Shown: positions 27,829 to 35,906 of the stretch, in pieces
How the letters are laid out: every line of letters starts with the position of its first letter
Position numbering within the stretch: position 1 is the stretch's first letter
Source of the DNA: Candidatus Micrarchaeota archaeon
Lineage (GTDB): Archaea; Micrarchaeota; Micrarchaeia; Anstonellales; Anstonellaceae
Assembly: GCA_021813025.1 (NCBI GenBank)
Contig: JAKAME010000004.1
Coordinates: forward strand, 1 to 38,413
DNA length: 38,413 nucleotides
Direction: 5' to 3'
Made by a program: the position numbers and the translations under genes
Notes under the pieces: generated by a model
The model's input: the letters and a program-made list of their open reading frames with translations, nothing else
Databases searched by the model: none
What the model was told of the DNA's origin: nothing

Positions 27829-28224
27829 TCATCGCGGCTCCACGCGGCGGATGCCCTCGATTTTGTCGAAGCCCTTGTCATAGCTGCACAAGACCCCAAT
27901 CTGGTGCGCCTTCATGGCTGCGGCATGGGAGGCGTCGGAAGTGAGGAGGCCGGCGCGAAGATAGTATGCCAAGTGCGCGCCGCTTCTGGCATCCAGAGGA
28001 AGGATTTCGAGGTTCGGCAGCCCCCGGATGGCGTCAAAAGCTTTCAGGGCTGCCTCCAGCTGACCGTCACGGACATAGAAATTGACGACTTCGTTGACCA
28101 CCAGCCAGCTCGTCGTCGCGTGCTGCGAGCCCAGCGTGATGTCGCGCAGCAGGGTGGCGCAAGCCGGGGCGTTGGTGCTGCCCCGGGCGCGGGCATAGAT
28201 GAAGATGTTGGCATCCAGAAACAC
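27829..28224 (-). CDS. vapC: PIN-domain ribonuclease toxin (VapC family)
   Basis: VFLDANIFIYA, VVNEV, SDASHAAAM and SYDKGFDKI acidic residues. GTG start assumed; an alternative in-frame ATG is at 28332. Confidence 0.9.
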   Translation of the reverse strand: MFLDANIFIYARARGSTNAPACATLLRDITLGSQHATTSWLVVNEVVNFYVRDGQLEAALKAFDAIRGLPNLEILPLDARSGAHLAYYLRAGLLTSDASHAAAMKAHQIGVLCSYDKGFDKIEGIRRVEPR

Positions 28225-28258
28225 GTGAATCCCCAGCCAAAGCGGCTCAACGGCGGCT

Positions 28259-28591
28259 TTAAACCTTTTGCAGGCCGGTTTTCCGGCCCCGGCGGGCTGG
28301 AGAGGGCAGCCGCATGTGGAGATTGCGCGCATCCCGTGTCTCCATTTCCTCGACGCGGCGCAGCTTGGCCTCGAGTTCGGCATCGCTCGTTTTGGGCCCG
28401 TCGCAGAAGCGCGCGAGGCGCTCCAGCGCTTCTTGGACTTCCTTGGGCTGGGCGCGCGCCGGAGTGGAATGGTCCGGCAGGTCCGACAGGCGTTCAATCG
28501 TCTCGTCATAGCTCTCGCGGCCATAGCGTTTGCGCCGGGCCAGTTTGTCGCGCGTGCTCTTTTTGATGAGAATGGTGGTGTAGCCTTCCAT
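28259..28591 (-). CDS. Putative antitoxin with ribbon-helix-helix-like N-terminus
   Basis: TTILIKKSTRDKLARRK..RESYDETIERL motif, directly upstream of the PIN gene. Confidence 0.75.
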   Translation of the reverse strand: MEGYTTILIKKSTRDKLARRKRYGRESYDETIERLSDLPDHSTPARAQPKEVQEALERLARFCDGPKTSDAELEAKLRRVEEMETRDARNLHMRLPSPARRGRKTGLQKV

Positions 28592-28599
28592 GAAAATCA

Positions 28600-28630
28600 C
28601 TTATATAGTATAGCATAGGTAGTATATAAG
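28600..28630. promoter_or_regulatory. Divergent promoter/operator between antitoxin and fibrillarin
   Basis: Inverted CTTATATA...TATATAAG with a TAGTATA direct repeat. Confidence 0.5.
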
Positions 28631-28669
28631 CCAATCGCCTTTTTATCCCAGCCTGCGCCAAATTCTTCC

Positions 28670-29347
28670 ATGCCCTCCATTGCAGAACTCTTCCCCGGCA
28701 TCTTTCGCATAGACGGAAAGCTGGCCACCCGCAATTTCGCCCCCGGCACCAGAGTGTATGGGGAGAAATTGGTGAGCGTGAAGAATGAGGAATACAGGAT
28801 GTGGGATTTGTATCGAAGCAAGCTGGCTGGCGCGATTGCAAAAGGCTTGTCGCATGTGCCTATTGCTCCCGGCTCGCTCGTGCTTTATCTTGGAGCGGCA
28901 TCTGGAACAACTCCATCACATGTGAGCGACATTGTAGGAGAAGATGGCGCAGTGTTTGCAGTGGAATTTGCCCAGCGCTCCATGCGGGATTTGCTTGACG
29001 TGTGCAAAAGCAGGCCCAACATGATGCCGATTTTCGGGGACGCGAGAATGCCTGATGAGTGGGGCGCGGCGCTGGAGGGGCACAAGGTGGACGTGCTCTA
29101 CGAGGACGTGGCCCAGCCCGACCAGGACGCGATTTTGATGAGGAATGCGCAGAAGTTTCTCAAGAAAGATGGGATTGCGATGCTGTGCATCAAGAGCCAG
29201 AGCATTGACGTGACGCAGGCGCCTGAGAAAACCTACGGGCAGGTGGTGGAGAGGCTCGAGGCCGGCGGATTCGAGACATTGCAGACAATAAGGCTGGACC
29301 CCTACGACAAGGACCACATGTTCTGGATGGGAAAGCGAAAAAAATAG
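28670..29347 (+). CDS. flpA: Fibrillarin-like rRNA/tRNA 2'-O-methyltransferase
   Basis: VYGEKL, EYRMWDLYRSKLAGAI, VLYLGAASGTTPSHVSDIV and DVAQPDQ motifs. Confidence 0.97.
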   Translation: MPSIAELFPGIFRIDGKLATRNFAPGTRVYGEKLVSVKNEEYRMWDLYRSKLAGAIAKGLSHVPIAPGSLVLYLGAASGTTPSHVSDIVGEDGAVFAVEFAQRSMRDLLDVCKSRPNMMPIFGDARMPDEWGAALEGHKVDVLYEDVAQPDQDAILMRNAQKFLKKDGIAMLCIKSQSIDVTQAPEKTYGQVVERLEAGGFETLQTIRLDPYDKDHMFWMGKRKK

Positions 29348-29467
29348 AATAAGAAAAAATAAACTGCGGGAAAGGAAGAAATACCGGGGCGCGCCCGAGC
29401 GCGCCGGCTCGTTCGTGCATCAGTTCTTTTTTTGATTTCTGGCTCCCGCTGAGAACAATTTTTTCAA

Positions 29468-29549
29468 GGCCACATGGGAAGGGCCGGGTCAAAAACAAGA
29501 CATACCGTTTTTGTGTGGGAGGTGAGAGACCCGGCCGCCCCATGTGGCC
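29468..29549. other. 82-nt intergenic stem-loop enclosing a SD/anti-SD motif
   Basis: ggccacatggg/cccatgtggcc (11 bp), ggccgggtc/gacccggcc (9 bp), inner aaaaac/gttttt. GGGAGGTGA at 29517-29525 lies in the loop. Confidence 0.6.
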
Positions 29550-29669
29550 ATGAATATTATGGAGGAGTTGCGACGGCCAGTCGCAATCCCCCGATTTTGG
29601 TCGCCTTGCCGCCTGTGTGCGTGCCCCATAATTGCACGCGATGATTTGGCAAGCATGAGTTAGCCGGCG

Positions 29670-30086
29670 CTAGATTTCCGGCGAGCGCATCCTGTAGTAT
29701 ACCGTCCGGCCGGCTTGCTGCTTCTCGAGCAGGCCCAGTTCGTAGAGCCTGCTGAGGCGCGCGCTGGCCGCGTTTTTGCCCCTGTATTTGGACTGCATCT
29801 GCACATCGAGCGCGCAGACATGGCCGCGCGCGCGGATGAGAGTGATGATTTGCTCGTCTGCCGGAGCGAGCAGAAGCTCGCGCGCGGATGAGACTGCCTG
29901 TGTTGGGATGCCCGAGCCGCTGACACTCACCCCTATGGTGCCAGCGGACGGCGTCCCTGCGGCCGGCAGGCGGCTCTCGAGGGCTGTTAAGCGCCCCTCA
30001 AGCCTCCCCAGGCGCGCGCTGAGCTCGCCCAGCAGCGCGGCCACGTCGGCCGTGGTTTGCAAAGTCTTATATTGTTCCAGCCCCAT
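29670..30086 (-). CDS. Winged-helix DNA-binding protein with N-terminal coiled coil
   Basis: LSARLGRLEGRLTALESRL heptads and a wHTH pattern DEQIITLIR...NAASARLSRLYELGLLEKQQAGRTVYY. Confidence 0.8.
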   Translation of the reverse strand: MGLEQYKTLQTTADVAALLGELSARLGRLEGRLTALESRLPAAGTPSAGTIGVSVSGSGIPTQAVSSARELLLAPADEQIITLIRARGHVCALDVQMQSKYRGKNAASARLSRLYELGLLEKQQAGRTVYYRMRSPEI

Positions 30087-30111
30087 GCTCCCGCCTACAT
30101 TGGTGGATGGC

Positions 30112-30151
30112 TCGTGATACGGTCACGAGACAATCACGATACAATCATGAT
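30112..30151. promoter_or_regulatory. Four TCRYGA boxes at exact 11-bp spacing (putative operator array)
   Basis: TCGTGA 30112, TCACGA 30123, TCACGA 30134, TCATGA 30145, next to TATTTAAA at 30156-30163. Confidence 0.65.
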
Positions 30152-30242
30152 TGGTTATTTAAAGGTATCTTTTCTTCGAGGTGGGAAAGCCTCGGAAAAA
30201 CTACACGCGGATAGATTGGCAATAACTGATAGGTCGGCGCAT

Positions 30243-30926
30243 ATGCAAACCCGCCCCGAGCAGAGAGCCCGCATCGTCGTTGACATGCGCGAGGCGCAAG
30301 AGTACGATTACCTTCTCTCAGAGGCAGGATGCGTCGTGGAGAGGCAGACCTTGAGCGTGGGCGACTTCGTTCTCTCCGAAAGGCTTGTGGCGGAGAGAAA
30401 GAGCCGCGCTGATTTCGAGAGCAGCATCATCGACGGAAGGCTTTTCGAGCAGGCGCGCCGGCTGACTGAAGCATACCCAAGAGTAATCGTCGTCGTGGAA
30501 GGGGAGAAGGGAGATAATCCAGACAAGATTGGGCGCATCGACCGCCGTGCGCTTCTTGGCGCATACTCCTCTCTTGTCGCGGACTTTGGAATCAGCCTGT
30601 TTTTCACCCGCAGCCCCGAAGCGACGGCAGAGCTTCTGTCGGCGCTGGCGCATCATGAGCAGGTGGCCAGAAAATCCCCGATGAGAGTGATGGCCAAGCC
30701 AAAAGCGCTTGGGGTGGAGCAATACCAGAGGGCCATCATCGAGGTGCTGCCAGGCGTGGGGCCGCAGATGGCCAAAGCATTGCTGCGCCATTTCGGCTGC
30801 CCGGCGCATGTGCTGGCTGCAGGCGAGAAAGAGCTGCAGGAAGTGGAAGGAATGGGCCCCAAGCGGGCAAAACTCATCAGGCGCATGCTGGATAGTGTGT
30901 GGGAGTGCGAAAAAGAGGAAGAATAA
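30243..30926 (+). CDS. xpf: XPF/ERCC4-family structure-specific endonuclease (nuclease plus HhH2, no helicase)
   Basis: IVVDMRE, LSVGDF, VAERKSRADFESSIIDGRLFEQ, and two HhH motifs LPGVGP / VEGMGP. Confidence 0.9.
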   Translation: MQTRPEQRARIVVDMREAQEYDYLLSEAGCVVERQTLSVGDFVLSERLVAERKSRADFESSIIDGRLFEQARRLTEAYPRVIVVVEGEKGDNPDKIGRIDRRALLGAYSSLVADFGISLFFTRSPEATAELLSALAHHEQVARKSPMRVMAKPKALGVEQYQRAIIEVLPGVGPQMAKALLRHFGCPAHVLAAGEKELQEVEGMGPKRAKLIRRMLDSVWECEKEEE

Positions 30927-31163
30927 GCAGAAAGGGAGGGGAATAGGGGCAGAATGGATGAGGAAGAGGGAGAATAGGGGAAGTAAGCGTGTATTGTAGT
31001 GCGGTGGAATGAAAAGAAAAGTATAGAATGACCGCGCAAATTAGTGTGGTGCGGTGTAAAGAGCGGGAAGAATGGGCGCAGATTAATATATTAGAATTTA
31101 AAAAAGCGAAATGGTGAACCGTCTGCTTTTCGAAACCAAGGCATGGGCATAGGATGTGAGCAA

Positions 31164-31655
31164 ATGGATGACGCGATATTCAAAATCATCAAAAACCGCC
31201 TGACGCGCTGGGAGGGCCAGACTCTCAACCAGGAGAAGCTGGGCGCCCTGCGCACCGAGATTTACGAGAAGACGAGGACGAACAAGTTCGCCCCCTTCTC
31301 CAACATCAAGAAATGGATAAAGGGCGCGCGCAAGCGCATGGCCGCCGAAGCGAAAGCGGCGGCCAAGAAGGAGAAGAAGGTGGCCAAATCCTCAGGCAGA
31401 GGGCGCGAGGCGCCCCGCCCGGCTTCTGTTCCTGCCGCAGTGCAGAACAGCCTTGACGAAATCAAGGCAGAGATGAGCCTTGAGCCCGCGCGCCAGGAAG
31501 TCTCGCTGCCAAAGCCGACCGTGGTGATGGACAAGGTGTATTTGCAGTCGATTTCATTCGAAATAGCCGCGATGCGCTCGGCCATGGACAGGATTGGAAG
31601 GCAGCTGGACAAGCTTGAGAAGGAGCTGAACCAGCACAGGCAGGGCGCGGAATAA
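31164..31655 (+). CDS. Hypothetical basic protein with C-terminal coiled coil
   Basis: Lys/Ala-rich linker, heptad C-terminus, T-rich terminator after the stop. Confidence 0.6.
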   Translation: MDDAIFKIIKNRLTRWEGQTLNQEKLGALRTEIYEKTRTNKFAPFSNIKKWIKGARKRMAAEAKAAAKKEKKVAKSSGRGREAPRPASVPAAVQNSLDEIKAEMSLEPARQEVSLPKPTVVMDKVYLQSISFEIAAMRSAMDRIGRQLDKLEKELNQHRQGAE

Positions 31656-31687
31656 GAAAAATATTTTGTTTCTTTGTTTTCTCCAGC

Positions 31688-31936
31688 CTACATGTAGACA
31701 TCTTTTCTGTGTCCCACGCGGGCGATGATGACGTTTTCGCCTTCTATAAGGTAGACCACACGGTATTTCCCGACGTGGATGCTGCGCTTATTTTTGAGCA
31801 GATTGGAGAGCGACTTGCCAAGTTCCGGATGGTCGGTCAGCTGAAGAATCTTTTTCAAAATGGGAATCTGCACGGATTTGTCAAGGGCCTTGAGCTGGTC
31901 TCGGGCCTCGCCCCGGTAATGCAGATTATATCTCAT
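31688..31936 (-). CDS. relE: RelE/ParE-family toxin
   Basis: GKSLS, RSIHVGKYRVVY and VGHRKDVY motifs. Overlaps the antitoxin stop. Confidence 0.9.
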   Translation of the reverse strand: MRYNLHYRGEARDQLKALDKSVQIPILKKILQLTDHPELGKSLSNLLKNKRSIHVGKYRVVYLIEGENVIIARVGHRKDVYM

Positions 31937-32156
31937 GCTTCAGCCCCAATTCTTTGATTAGCTGCGCATGAGTTATCGTCTTTCCGGTCTTGAACTCCTT
32001 CCCGGCCATTTCCAGCGCCTTGAGGTCCTCGGCCAGTTCTGCCTCGTCCAGCTTCTGCTGGAAGGCCCGGCGGGCAATCTCGCTCCATCGGTATTCGGCG
32101 TGCTGGCGCATGCGCGCATAGAGCGCTTCGGGGAGGCTTAGGGTGATATTAGCCAT
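31926..32156 (-). CDS. Ribbon-helix-helix antitoxin
   Basis: MANITLSLPEALY.RM...WSEIARRA N-terminus and GKTITHAQLIKELGL tail, upstream of relE. Confidence 0.85.
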   Translation of the reverse strand: MANITLSLPEALYARMRQHAEYRWSEIARRAFQQKLDEAELAEDLKALEMAGKEFKTGKTITHAQLIKELGLKHEI

Positions 32157-32191
32157 GTGAAATCACATGATTTATGTGAAAGCACATAAAT
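32154..32191. promoter_or_regulatory. Twin palindromic operator ATGTG-N4-CACAT of the RelBE operon
   Basis: catgtgaaatcacatg and atttatgtgaaagcacataaat overlap the start codon and TATA. Confidence 0.75.
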
Positions 32192-32306
32192 ATAAATCCA
32201 TCTGCCCGGGAAGAACAAAGCGAAAAACGCGGGCGCATGAAAGGTCCGGGCGCGGAATAGGAAAAAAGCGACCTGATTGCCGATTGCCCGGCCGGCCGGC
32301 GTCTGA

Positions 32307-32909
32307 TTAGTCCTTAAGCTCTTTCTCGTAGCACAGGACATAGGCATTAACTCTTTTCGACCACTCGGGTTGCAGCTTCCTGGTTTGCGTCCAGCCATCT
32401 TTTTCGTGCAGGTGCATGCTTTGTTTCTGCAAGGTGGAGGTTTCCGCGTATGCTGTCACAAAATCATGCTTTCTTGCAAGAGCGTATCTGACTTCCAACA
32501 GCGCCCGACCTACCCCGTGCCCAAAATAATCTGGATCGGTTCTCCATTTGCAGAATTCCACGATGTTTTCTCCCAAGTCTGCGCGCTCCCTCAAAGCTCC
32601 GAATCCGACTATTTTTTCGTTTATCTCGGCAACAACAAAATCATTTCTTCCGGTCATGTAGCTGCTGTCGATGTCTTTGAGGTCCTGGTCCCAGCCGGTG
32701 TTTGGCCAGTATACATAGCCTGGATTGGATTTCATAGACTTGAGATGGAGGTCGAAGAGCGTCTGCAAGTTGTCGGTCTGCTTATATCTCCGCACAACGA
32801 GTTTTTCACCCTGTTTTGTTATCGTTTCGCTCAAAACTTCACCGTAAGGAAAGCCGGCTCTGGGGCACTTCGCATTTTTGCTATCTGCGGGCAGAAATAT
32901 TTTCTTCAT
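32307..32909 (-). CDS. GNAT-family N-acetyltransferase
   Basis: FVVAE..EKIVGFGAL, PDYFGHGVGRALL (motif A) and LHEKDGW. Looks more AT-rich than core genes. Confidence 0.85.
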   Translation of the reverse strand: MKKIFLPADSKNAKCPRAGFPYGEVLSETITKQGEKLVVRRYKQTDNLQTLFDLHLKSMKSNPGYVYWPNTGWDQDLKDIDSSYMTGRNDFVVAEINEKIVGFGALRERADLGENIVEFCKWRTDPDYFGHGVGRALLEVRYALARKHDFVTAYAETSTLQKQSMHLHEKDGWTQTRKLQPEWSKRVNAYVLCYEKELKD

Positions 32910-33007
32910 ATGGTAATTAGTAGAAAAAGATGTTTAATAATCTATGCTCCTGCTCCGGACGCGAGCTGGGTGTGAGCTATATATCCTTTGTCGCTGTTGC
33001 AGGCGCG

Positions 33008-34132
33008 ATGGGCGATTCCCTCGTGGTGCGCATGGCGGGCCGGCGCATCGGCATGGACGTGGCTGGCGGCGAGCTTGCCTATATTTCGCACGCGCACTCG
33101 GACCACACGCAGGCGCTGGGCGGGCCGGCGCCGATTTTCTGCTCAGACATAACGGCGGATATTTTGGGGATTGGAAAAGCGGAGGAGAAAGAAGAAAGCG
33201 GGCAGGAGAAAATCGAAAACCCGCTTCTTCCAAAAGCAGATAGCCCCGTCCCTCTTCTTCCTGCTGTAAAAGAAAAAATTCCTCGCCGCTCAAGAAAATC
33301 CCATTCTGTTTCCTCAATCGAGCCTCCGGCCAAATGGCAGCAGGCCCGCATTCCTATTCCGGAAGGAATCGAGCTGCATTCTGCAGGCCACATCTTGGGC
33401 TCCACACAGCTGGTTGGAATGAGCGAGCAGTACGGGCGCGTTGCATACACTGGGGATTTCAAGCTGCGCGACGGCTTGACGCTGAAGGGCGCGCCGATTA
33501 TTTCCTGCGACACCCTGTTCGCGGAATGCACCTACGGGGACCCGGCAGTTGCCTTCCCACCGCCCGAGAACGTGCTTGAGGACATGGAGAGATGGGCGCG
33601 GCAGAATCGGGAGGCCATACAATTGTGGGGCGGATATTCGACCGGAAAGGCGCAGGAGCTTGTGAAATTCATAAACGAGTATTTGGGCGAGACGCCCATA
33701 GTGGGCGGCAAGGCTGCGGAAGTGTGCGCAGCGTATCGGCGCGCGGGCGTGAACCTGCAATGGCTTGCGCCCGATTCGGCTGAGGCGCAGGAGGCCATGC
33801 GGGGCGCATTTCTTTCGGTGATGCCCCCCCACCAGCTCAGCCCCCTGCTGGCAGGCAGGCTGGCGGCAGTGCATAGGAGGAAAGTGCTGTCAGCATTTGC
33901 CACAGGCTGGGCGCTGGTGCGCCAGCTGCCGGTGCATGCGGCATTTCCCCTCTCAGACCACGCCGACTTCGGCGAGCTTTTGCAATATGCGAAGGAATCC
34001 GGAGCCAAGCGCGTCATTCTGGCGCACGGGGACAACGAGAAAACCGCAGCAGCGCTGCGCGCTGCCGGCGTGAACGCGCAGGCGATTGAGAGCTTGGAGC
34101 CGCAGCAAATGATTCTGAAAATCGGGGAATAG
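33008..34132 (+). CDS. MBL-fold / beta-CASP nuclease
   Basis: SHAHSDH, SAGHILGS, YTGDF, ECTYG, YSTGKAQE, LSDHADF and AHG motifs. Confidence 0.88.
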   Translation: MGDSLVVRMAGRRIGMDVAGGELAYISHAHSDHTQALGGPAPIFCSDITADILGIGKAEEKEESGQEKIENPLLPKADSPVPLLPAVKEKIPRRSRKSHSVSSIEPPAKWQQARIPIPEGIELHSAGHILGSTQLVGMSEQYGRVAYTGDFKLRDGLTLKGAPIISCDTLFAECTYGDPAVAFPPPENVLEDMERWARQNREAIQLWGGYSTGKAQELVKFINEYLGETPIVGGKAAEVCAAYRRAGVNLQWLAPDSAEAQEAMRGAFLSVMPPHQLSPLLAGRLAAVHRRKVLSAFATGWALVRQLPVHAAFPLSDHADFGELLQYAKESGAKRVILAHGDNEKTAAALRAAGVNAQAIESLEPQQMILKIGE

Positions 34133-34272
34133 TGCCTGACATTAATTGACTAAAAATTGCATCTTTTTTTTGATTAATACCTGTCTTTTAGCAGTATTAT
34201 AGCTTATGTTCATGAAAAAGAGGGCAATAAATTAAATAGGCCGGCTGCGACAGCCCGGCAGGGGTGAGCGCG

Positions 34273-34395
34273 ATGAATCGCGTCGAACGCTGGCTCAAGT
34301 CCAGCGCCTTCGTGCCGCTCCGCATCACTGGAGAGGTGTTGTTCGGCACGTGGGGAGAGCATTGGGAACGCAGGCGGCTGCAAGGCCTGCTCTGA
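34273..34395 (+). CDS. Putative 40-aa small protein (below the ORF-track cutoff)
   Basis: AT-rich TATA-like box near 34226-34238, GGGGTGAG RBS, MNRVERWLKSSAFVPLRITGEVLFGTWGEHWERRRLQGLL, downstream GC hairpin. Confidence 0.45.
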   Translation: MNRVERWLKSSAFVPLRITGEVLFGTWGEHWERRRLQGLL

Positions 34396-34562
34396 TGTAA
34401 GAACTTGAGAAAAAAGTTGGCATTGACGCGGCCTGTTTGGAGGCCGCCGGCGTCAGACAAAACTTTAGCGGATTAGCGGGAGCCGGCGGATGGATGGGCC
34501 GAAGAGCTTCGCGATGAGACTAGTTTTATAAGTTTTTATGGCTGAACATAGTTGTGATTCTT

Positions 34563-35483
34563 ATGACACAACTTGCAGTCTTTAATGGAAAACTCCAAGC
34601 GCCTATGAGCGCCCAATACGCGCTTTTCAACAAGGCAATATTGGAGGGAAAGAAGCTTGCGCCATACAGAGAAGTCAGCAAACTGTTTCTTAACGTCCCG
34701 AATGGAGCGGATGAGCGCTATATGGGTTTTATGGAATTGATGAACGAGAGGATGGCTAACGGCAGGGGAACGTGTGGCGTGATGAGCGGCACCCATTATT
34801 TCGTCTCAGGAAGGGATTTGGCTGGCAATGACAAGCCGCTTGGAGACATCAAAGGCTCTTTTGTAGATTTATACGGCAAGGATTCCGAAGGGCGCAATGG
34901 ATTGACAATTTTCCATGCCCCGAAAGAGTTCAAAGGGGAGAAAAACATCAAGGTTTACGCGGACGCGTGGAACAGCAAAGGAGAGCAGGCATTGGACATC
35001 TGGGTTGACAAGAACCTCGAGGGTAAAAAAGTCCTGCATGTGGAATACAATTCCAACGCGGAATTCACGCAATTCGAGCTGCCGCAGAAAAAGGAGATTG
35101 ACGCGGCGGTGGAATACGCGGTTTTCATGGTTAAATTCGGGCTGGTCGACAAGAAACCGCTGGGCGGCGGCATGGCGATAGCAAGCATGGCAAACCGCAT
35201 TGTTGAGGTCGGCGTTGGGGCGGAAAAGGTGGGGAAATGGCTCAATCAGGACTTTGATTGGGTGTGCAAGATGGACCCCAACACCAGAATACCTGTCTTC
35301 AGCCCGTCGGACAACCCGGCCGAAAACGACATCCTGCAATTCTACGGCAATTCCGGCTTCAGAAACTCGGAGTTCGGGTTCGTGGGCCGAATCATCGATA
35401 GAGAAGGAAAAAGCAACGGGAAATTCAGCAAGGCGACGTTCAGCAGCACGAGATTGTACGACATCGCGCTTGTGGCTGAATGA
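34563..35483 (+). CDS. Hypothetical protein, possibly related to Micrarchaeota DGR-target (CLec-like) proteins
   Basis: TTTTATAA upstream. Motif order SGT, KPLG, F.APKEFKGEKNI, W.CK.DP.T.IP, GFVGR and a terminal hydrophobic strand recalls that family (unverified). Confidence 0.55.
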   Translation: MTQLAVFNGKLQAPMSAQYALFNKAILEGKKLAPYREVSKLFLNVPNGADERYMGFMELMNERMANGRGTCGVMSGTHYFVSGRDLAGNDKPLGDIKGSFVDLYGKDSEGRNGLTIFHAPKEFKGEKNIKVYADAWNSKGEQALDIWVDKNLEGKKVLHVEYNSNAEFTQFELPQKKEIDAAVEYAVFMVKFGLVDKKPLGGGMAIASMANRIVEVGVGAEKVGKWLNQDFDWVCKMDPNTRIPVFSPSDNPAENDILQFYGNSGFRNSEFGFVGRIIDREGKSNGKFSKATFSSTRLYDIALVAE

Positions 35484-35501
35484 GCATTCCGTTTTGGCTG
35501 A

Positions 35502-35813
35502 TTATTTCGTCTTGGCCTTGGGGCAGAGCTTCTGCAGCACCTTGAGGTGCATGTCGGCCATCGAGGTCGCGAAGTTGTATTCCGCCCCCATCTGGTCGAA
35601 GACCTGCACAATGACGCTCACGCGGCCCATCGGCATCTCCTCGACCTGCTCGAGCTTCTTGACGTAGTCGAGCGGCGCGCGGATGAACTGGCCCGAATTC
35701 TTGATGACAAGGCCGCCCTCGCAGATGTAGATTGTGCCCGTCTGGTCAAGGCCGTTCTCGAAAAGGCCTATGCTTTGCGAAACCATGCCATACACGCTGT
35801 CTTTCTGGGGCAT
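35502..35813 (-). CDS. Small hypothetical protein, PH-domain-like pattern
   Basis: GGAGGT RBS. Short beta strands (GTIYICEGGLVI, IRAPLDYVKKLE) followed by one C-terminal helix. Confidence 0.6.
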   Translation of the reverse strand: MPQKDSVYGMVSQSIGLFENGLDQTGTIYICEGGLVIKNSGQFIRAPLDYVKKLEQVEEMPMGRVSVIVQVFDQMGAEYNFATSMADMHLKVLQKLCPKAKTK

Positions 35814-35906
35814 AAACATTACCTCCTGCTCTCTTGGGCCTTGTCCGAATGCTTGCGCTCCACACCCATTGAAAGTTTATAATCTTTGGGCTTGCACACC
35901 ACAGAC

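Noticed and set aside
27829-28524. 231-aa extended VapC from the ORF track
   Set aside because: The extension overlaps the antitoxin gene; the PIN domain begins at VFLDAN
29568-29588. Similarity of ttgcgacgg/gtcgcaatc to the tRNA-Lys intron
   Set aside because: Only 9-12 nt in GC-rich DNA, consistent with chance
29350-29670. Box C/D guide RNA beside fibrillarin
   Set aside because: No properly spaced RUGAUGA and CUGA pair found
32307-32909. GNAT as the toxin of a TacAT/AtaRT-type system
   Set aside because: The adjacent RHH gene is coupled to relE and has its own operator; the GNAT is separate and upstream
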